From Takakia lepidozioides (lineage: Eukaryota > Plantae > Bryophyta), in the NCBI GenBank assembly GCA_030704615.1, contig CM060733.1:64418001-64482000 (forward strand): DNA of 64,000 nt, read 5' to 3'. Below, in pieces: positions 1 through 13,869 of this stretch (position 1 is the first letter of the stretch; every line of letters starts with the position of its first letter). The notes beneath the pieces were generated by a model, which saw nothing but the letters and a program-made list of their open reading frames with translations, had not been told where the DNA came from and did not search any database. A program made the translations under genes and the position numbers.

Positions 1-1851
1 TTCACCTCGTGATTGATCTTCTTCCTGTACCAATTCCCTTAATCTTTCTTGCAAAGAAACAGAAGGAGTGGCATCCAACTTTAGTTCTTCCGGTATAGGT
101 GATGCACTTTTTGATCTTGATGGGTGAGAGGTCCAGATGATTCCCCTATGTCTATTCCTCTCTCCCAAAGATATGGATAATTAGCTTTCAGATAGCTTTC
201 TCTTTTTGATGAATATCTTTGTCGTCTAGCTTCTCTTTCATCACTCATGTCCCATGTCTTTCATTTCTTTTAATGTGGCAATAACCAAAACTCTCTTCTG
301 TAATATCTCTCGTATATGCCTGGATTTCTTTCAAGCTTCAATGCACCCTTGGCTATACTTGAAGTCTCCGTTACCATATAACCATATGGCAAACAAGTCT
401 GAAAAGCTGTTCTTGGTGTGAGTTTGATCCACAAAATATCCTTGGGAATCCAATTCTTTACCAGTACAAGCTCTTCATGCATATGAGTATAAACATTCAC
501 CTTTCTTTCTTCCCAGCCTTCAAACTCTACTCGTTTAATGGATAGCAACGCTATCACATAAACTAATGTTGGTAACCAACGTGCTCTTCCTCTACAGGCT
601 ACCTGATAAATCTTTATCACTCCTTTCTCCAGACCCCATTCTGGATCAGCATCATGCACTCGTTTAAGAATATTTTCTTTACATCCGTCTGGCAATTCAA
701 GAACCTTTGAAAGAATTGTTTGGACAATCTTTCTTCCTTCGTTCCACAGGGAATTTGATTCACTTCAAATTCTTTAATGGTCCAACCACCATGATCCCAC
801 CAGATGCCTGTCACATCTGGTTGTTCATGTCCCAGGTCCCCAGTATGGTCGCCAAATGTCGCGCGGCTTTTACTCACCCATCCCTTCGCTATCCGAGGCG
901 GAAACTCCAAGATAGAAGAGTTGGAAATCTCTAAGTACTCAGCCCGCGCAGAACAATCAGTCATGACCTACAGCTAGTGTATCATGGGGGTGTTTCCTAT
1001 TTGTTTCTTTTTCCGCATTCATCTTAGCTACCTTACCATTGATAATTAAGTATCAGTTTGCTTCATCAATTTATCGGTTTCCTTAACTCCTCCATTCAAT
1101 CCACAGCTTCACTCAGATCTCTCTACACAGTGTGATTGTATCGTATAAGTATCAGATTATGATTTATCAGGTATCAGGCCGAAGCCATTATGTCTCTATT
1201 CTTCTTTCCTATATCACTATAGCTTTGCATATAACAAGCATCTACTAATCCTCTTTTCTCCTTCATCGTGCTCTCCGATCTCCGCTCCCGCCTGACTCCG
1301 AAGTCCTCCCCGAATAATGATCCCTTCTTCATTCCCCGTTTTCCCTTTATCCTCCTATCCGCGGTTCTAACCGTTTCCCTCTCTAACCGTCGTATGTGAA
1401 CTAACATGTTCCCTTCACAGGTGTTGTTCCCAACAGTCGTTCCCTGTCCTACTCTTCGTTCCCTATTATCGTGACAGCTGTGTCAAGCGGTGACTGGCTG
1501 TGTTTGGCTGTGTCGGGCTGTGATGGACGCAGTGGCTGTGACGGGATGTGACTGGCCGTGTGGGCTGTGTCTGTGTGTGAAGACTGTGACGGGCTGTGTG
1601 GGCTGTGCTTGTGTGACGACTGTGACGGGCTGTGTGGGCTGTGACGGCTGTGTGGGATGTGGGTGGCTGTGTGTGGATGTGAGGGCTGTGTGGGCGGGCT
1701 GTGTGGGCTGTGACGGCGTGTGGCTATGTAACCCCCCCTACAGTGCGCTGCTGTCACCCCTAAGGTTCCTGTTTGTCTCAGTCTGTGCAAAAATTAAGGG
1801 TACCCTACAGATCCCGTTATAAGTGTCTAAGTCCCCTACAGTCCTCTAACA
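1..1851 (-). mobile_element. Ty3/Gypsy retrotransposon 5' region (LTR start, leader and extra ORF), running off the left edge of the window
   Basis: Colinear with 19469-21299, which lies directly upstream of gag-pol. Ends in ...GTCCTCTAACA (TGTTAGAGGAC on the minus strand), the same terminus as at 21299 and 3318. Confidence 0.85.
1470..1730. repeat. Degenerate (GGCTGTG/CACAGCC)-type simple repeat near the Gypsy 5' end
   Basis: Variable 7-12 bp units visible directly. The same tract occurs at 3440-3750 and 20990-21175. Confidence 0.9.
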
Positions 1852-1959
1852 AGGTCATATAAGGCCTTGTGAAGCTTGCAAACTTTACGCTCAATACCTG
1901 CCACATTGAAGCTTCCTACTTAAAGAATGTACCAGACGTCATCTTCTAGGTTTCCATGA

Positions 1960-3300
1960 AGGAACGTAGTCTTAACGTCAATGTATAGGATGTCTCAGTC
2001 TTGGCTTACGTAACCATCCTGTCTCGAAGGGGGATTTACAGGGAGAGTGTTGAGACAGTATCGAGGTTGAGATTAAACAGGAGTTTCGGGGATGAAACCC
2101 ATCCGCAAACAATATCTGCAATTGCTCTTGGCGCAAGCAAGTCCTTCTGGAAAGCCATATTTTGAGTGAAGGGGATTCTGTGGGACTAAACTTGACGGTC
2201 TTGCAGCATTGGATCTGGTCATGGATCATTTCTCCACTTTAAGTTCACCGAACATTCGGCATCAGATCAATGCATTGAGAATGGGCTCTGGGATCAGAGG
2301 CTATATAGACAATATTTTGGAATTGAAACGAGTGAGCAAGTACGATTACATCCAGGACAATGTATTCCCAGGTCAAGGTGCCATCAAAGATTTTCTTTTC
2401 AAAATGTCGACTGTTGGGGAGGGCAGTGGGGTTAGCCTCGTGAAGCGGATGCAGAAAACTAGGGACTTGCCAGAACTGTTTTCTTATGTTTGATCATGTG
2501 AAACGAGTGAAGGATTGGACAACAATGGCTTGTCGTGTCTACGATCCAGTGTACCAACGAGTTATGACAATTGCAGTTTGTGACATGCAATCCGAGGATA
2601 CGGAATCCCAGAAGCTCATGTGGAATTCCCTGATCCGTGTCATGGGCTGCCATGGGCTGCCATCTCCAAATTTCGCAGGTTTCATGGCGGATAGTGCTCA
2701 AGCAAATTTCAATGCTGTTCGTATTGTTTCGGATCGGGCGACCCAAAAGTTCCAATGCGAGGAAGAGAGCATACATGTCTATTCCATTGGACACAATCTC
2801 TGGAAAAACATACAAAGTCGGACATCAAACCAGAGATGCAGACTCAGCACCGTAAATTGTGCAAAGAGTACAAAGATGCTAGAACAATGAAGGAGGCTGA
2901 CACTTTGTTCCAGACAATTCGCGCCTGGTGGTTCTCTTCTGGAGCTGCATCACTTGAGAATATGAGAGCATTGGAAGATTGGCTGGCGTTTTGGCACTTC
3001 CGGTATAGACAGTGGGGAGCAAGCCAGCCATGCCATTGGTACGAGGCTTATATTTATTGCTTTTTCATACATTTGCTTTCCATTTTATTGTGTGCCTCCA
3101 TCCATTTTCTTTATGTTGTTTTCTGTTCACTGTTTTGAAGTGTGGTTCTGCACTTTGCAGAACATGTCCATGAGGAAATGGCGGACATTGCCATCTTGCA
3201 ATTTTGGCAAGTGAGAAAGGTGCAGCAAACTGTGCAACGCTAGTTGCAAGCAGTCTGGGAAACGAGGTCGGGATTTGTATGTGGCGTGCACTTTATCTAT
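1960..3300 (+). pseudogene. Mutator-like (MULE) DDE transposase fragment, a different subfamily from 43000-46624
   Basis: Frameshifted ORFs give YDYIQ..FPGQG, FKMST.G.GSGV, MFDHVKR, NFAGFMADSAQANFNAVR, CLFHWTQSL and WLAFWHFRYRQWG. All align with the transposase at 44.4-45.1 kb, including the intron after RYRQxG. Confidence 0.85.
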
Positions 3301-3317
3301 ATCCAGAGGTGGTGCCC

Positions 3318-5350
3318 TGTTAGAGGACTGTCTGGGACTTAGGCACTTTTACGGGATCTGTGGGGTACCCTTAATTTTTGCACAGACTGAGACCAACAGG
3401 AGCCTAGGGGTGACAGCAGCGCACTTTAGGGGGGGTTAAACAGCCCGTCATAGCCAACACAGCCCGTCACAGTCCGACACAGCCCGTCTCAGTCCAACAC
3501 AGCCCGTCACAGCCAATCACAGCCAAACACAGCCCGTCACAGCCACACAGCCAGTCACAGCCGGACACAGCCCAACACAGCCCAACACAGTCGCACAGCC
3601 AATCACAGCCCGACACAGCCCGTCACAGCCCAACACAGTCGCACTGCCAATCACAGCTTGACACAAGCCCGTCACAGCCCAACACAGTCGCACAGCCAGT
3701 CACAGCCCGTCACAGTTTCACACAGCCAGTCACAGCTGACACAGCTGTCACGACCATAGGGAACGGATAGCAAGACAGGGAACGACTGTGGGGAACAACA
3801 TCTGCGAATGGAACATGTTAGTTCGGGATGACGGTTAGTGAGGGAAACGGTTAGAACAACGGGGTAGGAAGATAAAGCCAGGAGCGAGGACTGGAAAAGG
3901 ATCATTCTTGGGGAATCACTTCTGGAAGGACTCGGGGGGGGGGGGGGGGAAAATAAGAACTTGGAAATGAAGCGGAGAGCGCATCTCTGAGCAGAAAGAG
4001 GGAGAGCACGGAGTAGGAGGAGAACGATCTGTTGATACTTGCTGAATGCAAGAAGTAGAGTTGTAATGTAGAGCAGAATAGAGATACCATGGCTTCAGCC
4101 GATACTTGAGAGATATTAATCTGATACATACTTCATACTCACACTGTGTAGAGAGATCTGAGTGAAGATGTGGAATGAATGGGATGAGTTGATGGAATCC
4201 GATAGATTGCTGAAGCAAACTGATATTAAATACCAAAGTAAGGTAACTAGCAACATGAATGCGGGAAGAAAAGGAAAACAATAGGAGGAAACACCCCCAT
4301 GAACACTAGCTGAGGTCATGACTGATTGTTCTGAGCGGGCTGAAGTGCTTAGAGATTTCCAACTCTTCTAATCTTGGAGTTCCCGCCTCGGATAACGAAG
4401 GGATGGGGTGAGTTAAAAGCCGCGCGACATTTGGCGACCATACTGGGGAACTGGGGTCATGAAAAACCAGATGTGACAGGCATCTGGTGGGATCATGGTG
4501 GATGGGAGAATTAAAGAATTTGATTGTGAATCAAATCTTATGAAACTGAGAAGGAAAGACGTGTCCAAACGATTCTTTCAAAGGTTCTTGGAATGCCAGA
4601 CAGTTGTAAAGAAAAACATTCTTAAGAGAGAGTGCATGATGCTGACCCTGAGTGGGGTCTGGGAAAGGAGTGATAAAGTTTTTATAGGTGGCCTGTAGAG
4701 GAAGAGCACGTTGGTACCAACATGGTTTATGTGATAGCATTGCTACCATTAAGCGAGTAGTAGAGTTTGAAGGCTGGGAGGAAAGAAAGAAAGTGTGAAT
4801 GTTTATACTCATATGCATGAAGAGCTTTGTAGGTGAAATTGGAGAATTGGATTCCAAAGGATATTTTGTGGATCAAACTCACACCAAAAACAACTTTCCA
4901 GATGTTTGCCATTATGGTTATATGGGTAACGGGACTTGTCTAGTATAGCCAAGGGTTGCATTGAAGCGTGAAAGAAAACCCAGGCATATACGAGAGATAA
5001 TTATAGAGAGAGTTTTGGTTTATGGCCACATTAAAAGAAATGAAAGACATGGGAATGAGTGATGAAGAGAAGCTAGACTCCAGAGATATTCAGCAAAAAA
5101 AGAGATTTGAAAGCGATATTATGAAAGCTAATATCCATATCTTGGGAGAGAGGAATAGACATAGGGAACATCTAGACCTCTCACACTAGTAAGATCAGGG
5201 AGTACATCACCATTACCGGAAGAACTAGAGTTGGAGAAGCCACTCCTTCTTTTTCTTGCAAGAAAGATTAAGGGAATTGGTACGGGAAGAAGATCAGTCA
5301 CGATGTTGAAAATTGAGGTACATCCCTGGATAAAAGATTTGACAGAAATG
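3318..5350 (+). mobile_element. Ty3/Gypsy 5' region, third copy, truncated before gag
   Basis: Begins TGTTAGAGGACTG at 3318. Reverse complement of ~19427-21299. Homology stops at ...GATTTGACAGAAAT. Confidence 0.85.
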
Positions 5351-5959
5351 GAATGCGTTACCGCATTTCCGTGAGAGGGTATGCAAATGGACAAATTGCG
5401 ACATGTCCGTTCTGGAGAAATGCGGCGCCGCATTTCCATGTCCGTCATCGACTTTTTTTTGACAAGGAATGCGGGTTGCCAATTTTTGCTGATGGGCTGC
5501 AGGTTCGAACAACGGACAATCCCCAATATGGAAATGCGCGGCACCGCATATTTCCAATTCCGCCCATCTCGACCTTTTGTTCGCTCCTTGGTGTCGACCT
5601 TGTAAGCATGGTGGCATCCAGGCAATTGAGCGGGAGGGGGAGAGGCCAGGACAAATGGCGTTGTGGACCAAAGAAAATTTTGGAAATGCGGCACCGCATT
5701 CCAATCGGCCGATTACTTTTTACTATGTCAACATTGAAATGGAAAATTTAGTCCCCTCCCCTGTTTTGAAATGCGGTGCCGCATTTCCAAAAGAGGTTCT
5801 TAGAGTTTGCCAAAAATTTGGAATGCGGGTGCCCATTTCTGATTTGGGAGCGTCGTGGTTGGGCGATGGTGGCTGGGATGCACACTGGAGAGGGGTCACG
5901 AATGTCGGGGAGAATTTCGTTTATATACTCTGGAAGATAATTTACATTTACAGAGAATC

Positions 5960-8900
5960 ATTAAAATTCTATAATCTTGAAAATCATCCGAATCAATCAT
6001 CCTGTTCAAAGACTGTCCTGCTCCGCCTCCACCCCCCTCAGTGCCTTCTCATCTCCAGCGGATGCTCGTTGGCCAGGCTTTCGAAAATCCCATCTTCCCC
6101 TTGCGGAACTGTCCATCTCACCTCCGTTGGGTCGTCTTCCTCCCTGTCTGCGACGCTCTCATCCGCTGAATCACATATGTACTTTCGTACCCGTCTACGT
6201 CTTATCCTTCTGCTGCTGCCAAAATCTTTACTGGGGATTTCATCGCGTAGTTTAGCTGCCTACATAGACCTCTCCCCCAAATCTGCTCGACTTTAATGGG
6301 ATTCCGGACTTCTTCGCTGTAGTGTGAGTTTAGCTGCATAACTAGGAAGGGAGTAGTCCCTCACCGGGCTCGTCATGAAGTCGGCCCTCGCAAAGAACGG
6401 GACATTCTTCCTGGCAGGAAGTGTAGGCCCTACATGTTTCGACCCGGACCCTGCAATCCTGCACATGACAATCATCAACGAGACTAATGAGAACCACAGT
6501 CGGGAAATTCGTTTGACAAAATTGACCCAGAAGGCTTTGCAAACTTACAATGTTTGCACTCACTCGTATTCCGGGTTCTCCTCCGCATCAATGTCCACTG
6601 TGTCTTCCTCGGACTCCGACGAATCCGAGGAGACTTCCGCTCTGTTGGGAGCCTTAACATTCCGTTGCAGCCCTTCCAGATGGGATCCCCACACGGATGA
6701 ATCCTCCTCGTAGGCAAAGAGGTGCCGATCGGAAAACCGCCCAGCCCACATAGAGGCACCTGTTACAATGCCATCCACACATTACCACATGGCGCTTCAG
6801 ATGTTGCGAACTACATCCTAACGAGAATTTGCAGAACAACATAGATCAAGATTCTGCATACCTATCCCACAGATAAGGTCGAGCACTGTGCCCTCCACGT
6901 CTGTGCATGTCTCCATAATTGTCTGAATGAAGGCAGGGCTCCGAGTCCGTGAGTACCGCAGGGGTTCCGTTGAAGTGAGGCTATGAGGGAGAAGTTCCTT
7001 GGGAACGTTGTTGAACAGAACGTCGTAATCGAGGGGGTCGCAGTTCGGGTCAACCTTTCCTCCCTCCTTCCGGAAAGCAAAGGTGGGTTCTCCTTCACAA
7101 AGCAGTATGCATCGAACTGCTTCGTCTGCATACACAGGGGGAACGATTAGAAACCGAATGCGGCACCGCATTTGAAAACACCCAAGCAAATGAATGGACG
7201 AGTGCCAGTGTCGTAATCACCTTCTTCCCTTCCGACCGAAGGCCCAGTGTGTTAATGCACGTCCACTTCTTTTTCAGAATCGGGACGGCGCTCTTGCGGG
7301 TCCACTTCGCAATTCCTGTCTGAGTGTTTTTTCCTCTACTCGCCAGGACAACCACACAGCCTCTGTCGTCCAACACCATGCGGGCAAGCCCGAATCCTTT
7401 CTTCCAAAAGTCCTCCGAGTACCTGTTCCAAGATGGCAAAGCTTGCAGTCCTTCCACAGGCTCTCCGTCCGGAATATCCAAGATGATCATATCGCAAGAC
7501 CACTCGGTGGCATTTCCGCCCCTCCTACAATCCTTGTCTGCACACACCCTCTCAAAGAATGAGACCATATTCTGAAATCTTGGGGTGTCGGAAGGCTCTT
7601 CGGCAGTCGCCTTCTTCAGTGCTCTGCCCTTCAGACCCTCCATGGTCTTCATGTATGCCAACTTGGCTGCCCGTCCATCCAAAGCCGCCAAGAAACTCTC
7701 ATTTACACACTGGACTACTGTTTCGGGAGCCACTTTCGGCCTCTTCATTTCCACCGGCTCGAAAGGGTGCCCCCCTGGGGGGTTGAAGAGTGCCTTCTTT
7801 GCCGAGCCAGTTCTCGTGCCTCTCGTGACAACGGTGGGCACAGGGGAGGCAGCCTGCGTTTGGGGGGGTGGGCTGGTTGCAAAGTCTCCATCGGAGTCCT
7901 CTTCCTCACCCTCTTCCTGAACAGGCTGTTTCTGCTTCTTCGTTTTGGCGGGAGTCACAACAGCTGCTCCTTGCTGGCGAGTCCTCTTCTTCGACCCCTT
8001 CTGTTGGGCCTGCACAGCTGCATCCACCGTCTTTTGTGCCATCTCAGCTGCCTTTCTGGATTCTTCCAGAGCAGCAGATTCCTTTGCCGACTTTGGCCCA
8101 GCAGGGACACGTCTTTCCTTTCTCTTCTCTTCTGCCAAGGCGTGCAGATCTTTCTTAGACTCGTCAACAATACCGCCAGACATGTCCAGGTACCACGGGC
8201 ATCCAACGAGATGCGCGGGATGCCATTGTTTCTGCATCTCGGGTGTGTAGACACAGCTTGGGCCCGCCACGGTCCAAGCCATGAAGAACGGGGGCTCTTG
8301 AGCCAGGCCCCTGTCTGAAGGAGCACGTATTTCATATACCTGCAAGGCAGTCAGCATGCGTGAGCATAAGATTGGACGAACCTACTCGCAGAGTGCCACC
8401 GAAAACATAAAATGCGAATGCGGTGCCGCATTTCCGAGACAAACCTCGTAACCAGGCTTCGCATACAAGGGCAGCTGTGCTTCACCTGTAAACAATTCGC
8501 ATTGCAGCTTTCCCCGCTCCCTCCTGATGTGTAAACTCCACGCTCCTCTTGCTGTCTGTAGCTCTCTGGCGAAAAGGTTGTCCTTGTACGCACATCTGAA
8601 ACGTGTCACGTAGTCTTCCAATGTCTGTGTTCCATCCCATTTGACGTACAAGCCGAACGAATTTGTGTGCATTACGACTTGCTCCTTCGCATTCGACATT
8701 ACCTGCGATTCCCAAATGCATTGTCACGTAGCAGTTCAAGGAATTCATTTCAGAAAAGCAAATCTGGGGAAGTACCTTGAATTACCTGGAACCACCAAGT
8801 CATGCGGTTGAGCCACACATCCACTGCAGGGTCGGAAACTTCGAGTGGAAAAGACCACATTGTCCTTATGCTCTCGGATGCATTCCAGATCGACAGCCAC

Positions 8901-11110
8901 CGTGTCTGCCATTTTCGATCCAATGTCAGGAGCTGGAAGAGAGTGGCTATTGCTAGGAAGGAACTTCAGTGCATTGAAACCTCACCTTCTCTTTCGCCTC
9001 AACACATGCCGTTGAGAGGTGATGCAGTTTCTCCAATTGCATGGTCGGCTGCATGGCCCGAGAATAGTGTTTTGCAATCTCGGGGATGGAATCCTTTCCA
9101 AGTGCCGGATCTGCAATTGCCACCAGCTTCACAAGCTTTGACTTGTATTTGGTTCTGGACTTGACACCGGCTTCCTTCAAGTGCTCAGTCAATGACTGCA
9201 ACGTTTTCACCTGCCCCTCACTTTCCATGAAGAAGCGTTTGGCATGGGCCAAATCCAGCTTGATGTTTGACTGCCAACAAAAACATGCAGAAGTGTTACA
9301 TTCGATTCATGTGGAAAGATTACTGGAAATTTCAATCTGAAGGATGAGCAGAGGGAAATCGGAGGACGACTTACTTCGTATATCACCTCCACCATTCCAT
9401 CCATAGTGAGACGATACCATGTCCGGTCAGTTTTTGCCACGGCTTTTTGAATGAGCTCGGACTCCAGCATTTCCGCAAACATCTGCGGATCAGTGAGACC
9501 AGTTTTCCTCACCCTGTACAGCATATGTGCCATGTGGGTATGCACGTACGCATTCTCAGTGACCCTGCAAGGCACACTCTCCAGTTCAGTACACGGAAGC
9601 ACAGAAACAAACCAGAATGGAAACCGAAATGCGGCACCGCATTTCGAACGTGCTAGGGAGGGTATGAGTATCTTACGAGTTGAGGTCCGCCATGGCATTC
9701 TTGAGCAGGGAGGAGTCTGCCGCCTTCACCTTCAGGATGACACACTCCACCATGTAATGCCAGCCAATGTGCTTGGCATGGTTCTGCTCGATGTACTCCC
9801 ACCAGGCAAGAAGTCAGTGATTCCCGTCCCACACAAAGAACATTTTACCCAACATATGGCCGAAGTCTGGATCACCCTTCAGCGTCGCCTCGAATTCGTC
9901 GTTGCGAGTGTACCAGTGGGTATCCCACGTTGACAATTCATCGGCAGTGGGTCCACGAGTTTCACCGTCCTCATTCTCAATGGAAACGTAAAACGCTGCC
10001 GATCCCAGACGGTACCCTTCTCGAAATGCGAACTTCAGCTTATCCACATCTCCGGAAGGGCCTGCCTGACGATGGAAGGGAGACCATGCGACAGAGTGGG
10101 ATTCGAAGAGTCCGCTGGAATACCCTGCTGCCCATAACTCTGCCAATGCTACTGTGTGTCTCCTCCAACATTTTATCCGCTGCACTTTTGAAATCCTCCG
10201 GAGACATGTCTGTAGGTGCCGGTAATGGCTGAGCAACTGGAGCATCCTCAACTGGAGCTGCACTCTGGGGCCTGTTTGTGGGCAATTCTGCCATTGCGGA
10301 GGCCTCCTCCGGGCCTGCTTGCTCATCGGTGGTGAGGTCTTGCTGCGAACGTTGAGCGGCAGCACCCTCCTCCGGTACCAAATCGACAAAAACGGTCGAT
10401 CCCATTGCCTTCGCTGCAGCAGAGACGGCCCCAACATCTGCAGGCGACAAATCCTCCAGGAACTGAGCTTCAGCTCGTGGAAGCGGTTTTGCGGGAGATT
10501 GTTCGGCCGTTGCCCTGATTGCCTTCTGCTTCCTCATCCTTGCAGGTGAAGGTGTCTGCTGCAATTGAATCTGTCTTTTACCCTGCTGCTTCATTCGCGT
10601 TGGGGGGGGTGAATCGGCCTGAGCCGGTTCAGAAACCAGTAGAGGGACGGGCTGCTTTATCTTCGACTTTGCTGGAGAAGGCCCGACCCCTGCTGGCGAT
10701 TCTCCATGACCGAAGAACGCGAGTCGATCTCTGGGGCTTTGAACTTGCCCTTCGAAGCCGCGTCTTTGAATCGCACAGGGCTAGGCCCGGCAGGAATACC
10801 CGCGCTCGGGGATCGGGTGGGTGTACGTGCTGCAGCTAGCTCCTCGGACTCTTCCTGTGGCTCTTCGGATTCCTGCAATCCCTCCAGCACGTCCACCTTT
10901 CCTGTTAGGCATGCAAACATGTTCTGCATTCAAGTCTCCTAGCATTCAGTCTAAGAATTACAGAAGCAAAATAGGGGGTTCGGTGCTCGATCAGCTGCGC
11001 GCAGCCCGATCGCATGGAGCTCTCACTGGTGGCTGGGTTGCCTGAGTGGCCTGCTGCTCGGAGATGGCAATCTCCTCCTGTAGACGCATCTGCTTCCTCC
11101 CCTTCGGCAT
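5960..11110 (-). pseudogene. Spliced ParB/Srx-like + beta-class amino-methyltransferase-like gene, copy A
   Basis: Same exons as copy B. The Arg codon of DGNHR is TGA at 9814-9816 (CGA in copy B). DMIILDIPDG at ~7465-7494. VLDLICG|GASMWAGR is split by an intron at ~6760-6862. Confidence 0.75.
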
Positions 11111-11548
11111 TGGCCTACGTCCGAAGTATAATTTCCGGAGCTTGCGACGAGGTCTCCTGTCTGGTGCAAGAACTCCCCCCCTCTCAGGTTCGAGCATAAG
11201 AAGAACACAGAGAGGGAAAAGGGGCAAAGAGTGCAGATGGAAAGGGCGCGAGAGGGGTGACTGAGGAGACACGACAAAAGTAGATGAAACGGCGGTGATG
11301 CACCACTTGGGTTCGAAAGGGTTGGACGAAAGTGTCTCCTCGTGGACTTTGCGTCATTACGAAATTCGAATCGTTCAGGGTACGCCTGCCGTCCGAAAAA
11401 CAAACATCATTATCCAACGGTCAGGCCGCGCCGCCTCATGCCACTTCAGTCAGATAGAGTGCCAACATATGCAGCAATTCCGTTGCTCCACGTGTTCACA
11501 TTTCAAGGCATTTCCGTCCCAGCGTCTGATGAGTTGGAGTGAAAATGC

Positions 11549-13025
11549 GAATGCGGCGCCGCATTTCCGTTAAGTACCATCACGAAGCTACACATCCGTA
11601 CTTGTTGGAAGAAAATGCGGCACCGCATTTCCGTTCCACCTTCACAAACCTTAGTTGTTGAACGGAATACGGTGCCGCATTTCCGTCCCACAGATCCATG
11701 TATGAGATACAAAAGGGAAATGCGGCGCCGCATTTCCGTTCTGGAATGTCGAAAGGTGCGATTCGGACGGAAATGCGGCACAACATTTCAGTTCCCGTGG
11801 TTCATGATTTTCAATGTGAACGGAAATGCGGTACCGCATTTCCGTTCCCCCTTCACAGACCTTGGTTGATGAACGGAAATGCCGTGCCACATTTCCGTTC
11901 GGGAAAGTATAGAGGTCTCACCTGAACAGAAATGCGGTGCCGCATTTCCGGTCTGGAAAGTTTGAAGGTCTCACATGGATGGAAATGCGGCACCACATTT
12001 CCGTCCACAGCTCCAGGCCTCATATACAAAACGGAAATGCGGCGCCGCATTTCCGTTCTAGAATGTCGGAAGGTGCGACTCGGACGGAAATGCGGTGCCG
12101 CATTTCTGTTCCTGTTGCTCACGATTTTCTGTCAGAACGGAAATGCGGTACCGCATTTCCGTTGTGTAGAGTATTAAGGTCTGACCCTGGCGGAAACGCT
12201 GTGCCGCATTTTCGTTCCACAGCTCCATGCCTCACATACAAAACGGAAATGCGGCGCCGCATTTCCGTTTTGGAATGTCGGAAGGTGCGACTCCGACGGA
12301 AATGCGGTGCCGCATTTCCGTTCTAGAATGTTGGGAGGTGCGACTCGGATGGAAATGAGCTGCCGCATTTCAGTTCCGATGGTTCACGATGTTCAGTCAG
12401 AACGAATCGGCAGAAGGAAACTGGTACCGCATTTCCGTTCTGGATAGTATAGAATGTCTCAAGCGGTCGGAATGCGCTGTCTCAAGCGGTCGGAATCGCA
12501 CTCGGCTCCATGCATCAGATACAAAATGGAAATGCGGCGCCGCATTTCCGTTCTGGAATGTCGGAAAGTGCGACTCGGATAGAAATGCGGTGCCGCATTT
12601 CTGTTCCCGTTGTTCATAATTCTCAATCAGAACGGAAATGCGGTACCGCATTTCCGTTCTGGAGAGTATGAATGTCTTTTAAGGACGGAAATGTGTTGCA
12701 GCATTTCTATCCCTCAGCTCCATGCATCAGATACAAAATGGAAATGCGGCGCCGCATTTCCGTTCTGGAATGTCGGAAAAGTGCGACTCGGACGAAATGC
12801 GGTGCCGCATTTCTGTTCCCGTTGTTCACAATTCTCAATCAGAACGGAATGCGGTACCGCATTTCCGTTCCACCTTCACATACCGTGCTTGCTGGATGGA
12901 AATGCGTTACCGCATTTCCGTTCTGGAGAGTATAAAGGTTTCCCCGGACGGAAACTCGGTGCCGCATTTCCGTCGCTCTGGTGCATGACCAAGATGCAAT
13001 ACGGAAATGGGGCGCCGTATTTCCG
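11549..13025. repeat. Phased palindrome array GGAAATGCGG-YR-CCGCATTTCC, ~53-bp period (copy A)
   Basis: Directly visible. Matches 41140-42610 almost unit for unit. Confidence 0.95.
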
Positions 13026-13869
13026 TCCACCAGCAATCGAAAGAATCACTCGGGACGGGAAATCTGGAACCCGAATGGGTTGCATTGTTCCGAAACAACA
13101 CAATTGCGGCCAGTCTTGATGAGCACAACTTGGTTGTCTGACCGTTTTAACTAACAGTACTGGCACTTGTCAGTGCGAACGTTCTGTCTGCACCGAGAAT
13201 ACTGCTGGATCCACCCTCAGGAGAAACTGTCAGGAGATGTTGTTTCGTCGCCGAATCGGCCATCATTGTCATACTTACTGGCTATGGAATCAAACCTCCC
13301 ACCTTCATGCATGTAGCTTGAAACAATACTTTCCACTTCAATGTGCGACTTCCAATCGTCGATGGACTCTGCATGGTGCCTGTGAGCCTTGGTCTGTCGC
13401 TATACTGAACCTCACACTTGCCAACTTCGTGCGGTGTTCGATGGCTCCGAATTCCTACGCTATAGTTTGTTGTCCTCCACAACTTGGGAGAGCCTGGATC
13501 CCAAACAAGGGAGGACTTTGCAGAGTGACTGAAACTTACCTTTGTTCCAAATTCAAGCTCAAACCGGGCACAGTTTATTTGGAAGAAGAAGAAGGAAGGA
13601 TGTTCCTGGACAGGTTGACGAGACCATTGTCGTGCTAGGTAACGACGGAGGTTGCGGAATCGAATGGCACGTACCCCCATCAGACACCATCCTGTACCGA
13701 GCTGTGGGAATGCCCATTCCCTTTCCGAATCAGTCGCTGCCCACACCATCCACAAAGGAGTCCGGAAACCGACAGGCGGCCACTGCCAACAGAGAGGTAT
13801 GCAACGATAATCATTCCCGACCTGGACCGTCAAGACCCTCCATAGCTTCTCGTGTGGACGTATTCTCTT

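Larger units (their letters stand above)
5350..13865. mobile_element. Internal 8.5-kb fragment (copy A) of the ParB-MTase Mutator-like element
   Basis: Colinear with ~34983-43445 and near-identical from ~6330 onward. Lacks both TIRs and most of the transposase. Confidence 0.92.

Noticed and set aside
1449-1822. His/Ser-rich and Cys/Gly-rich ORFs
   Set aside because: Translations of the CACAGCC simple repeat.
3318-4320. Inner LTR boundary and primer-binding site
   Set aside because: No 3' LTR is available for comparison and I found no convincing tRNA-complementary PBS.
11500-13170. Many overlapping ORFs with KCGAAF/EMRRRIS/GNAAPHF peptides (also 34.5-35.6 kb and 41-42.7 kb)
   Set aside because: Translation artefacts of the palindrome, appearing in all six frames.
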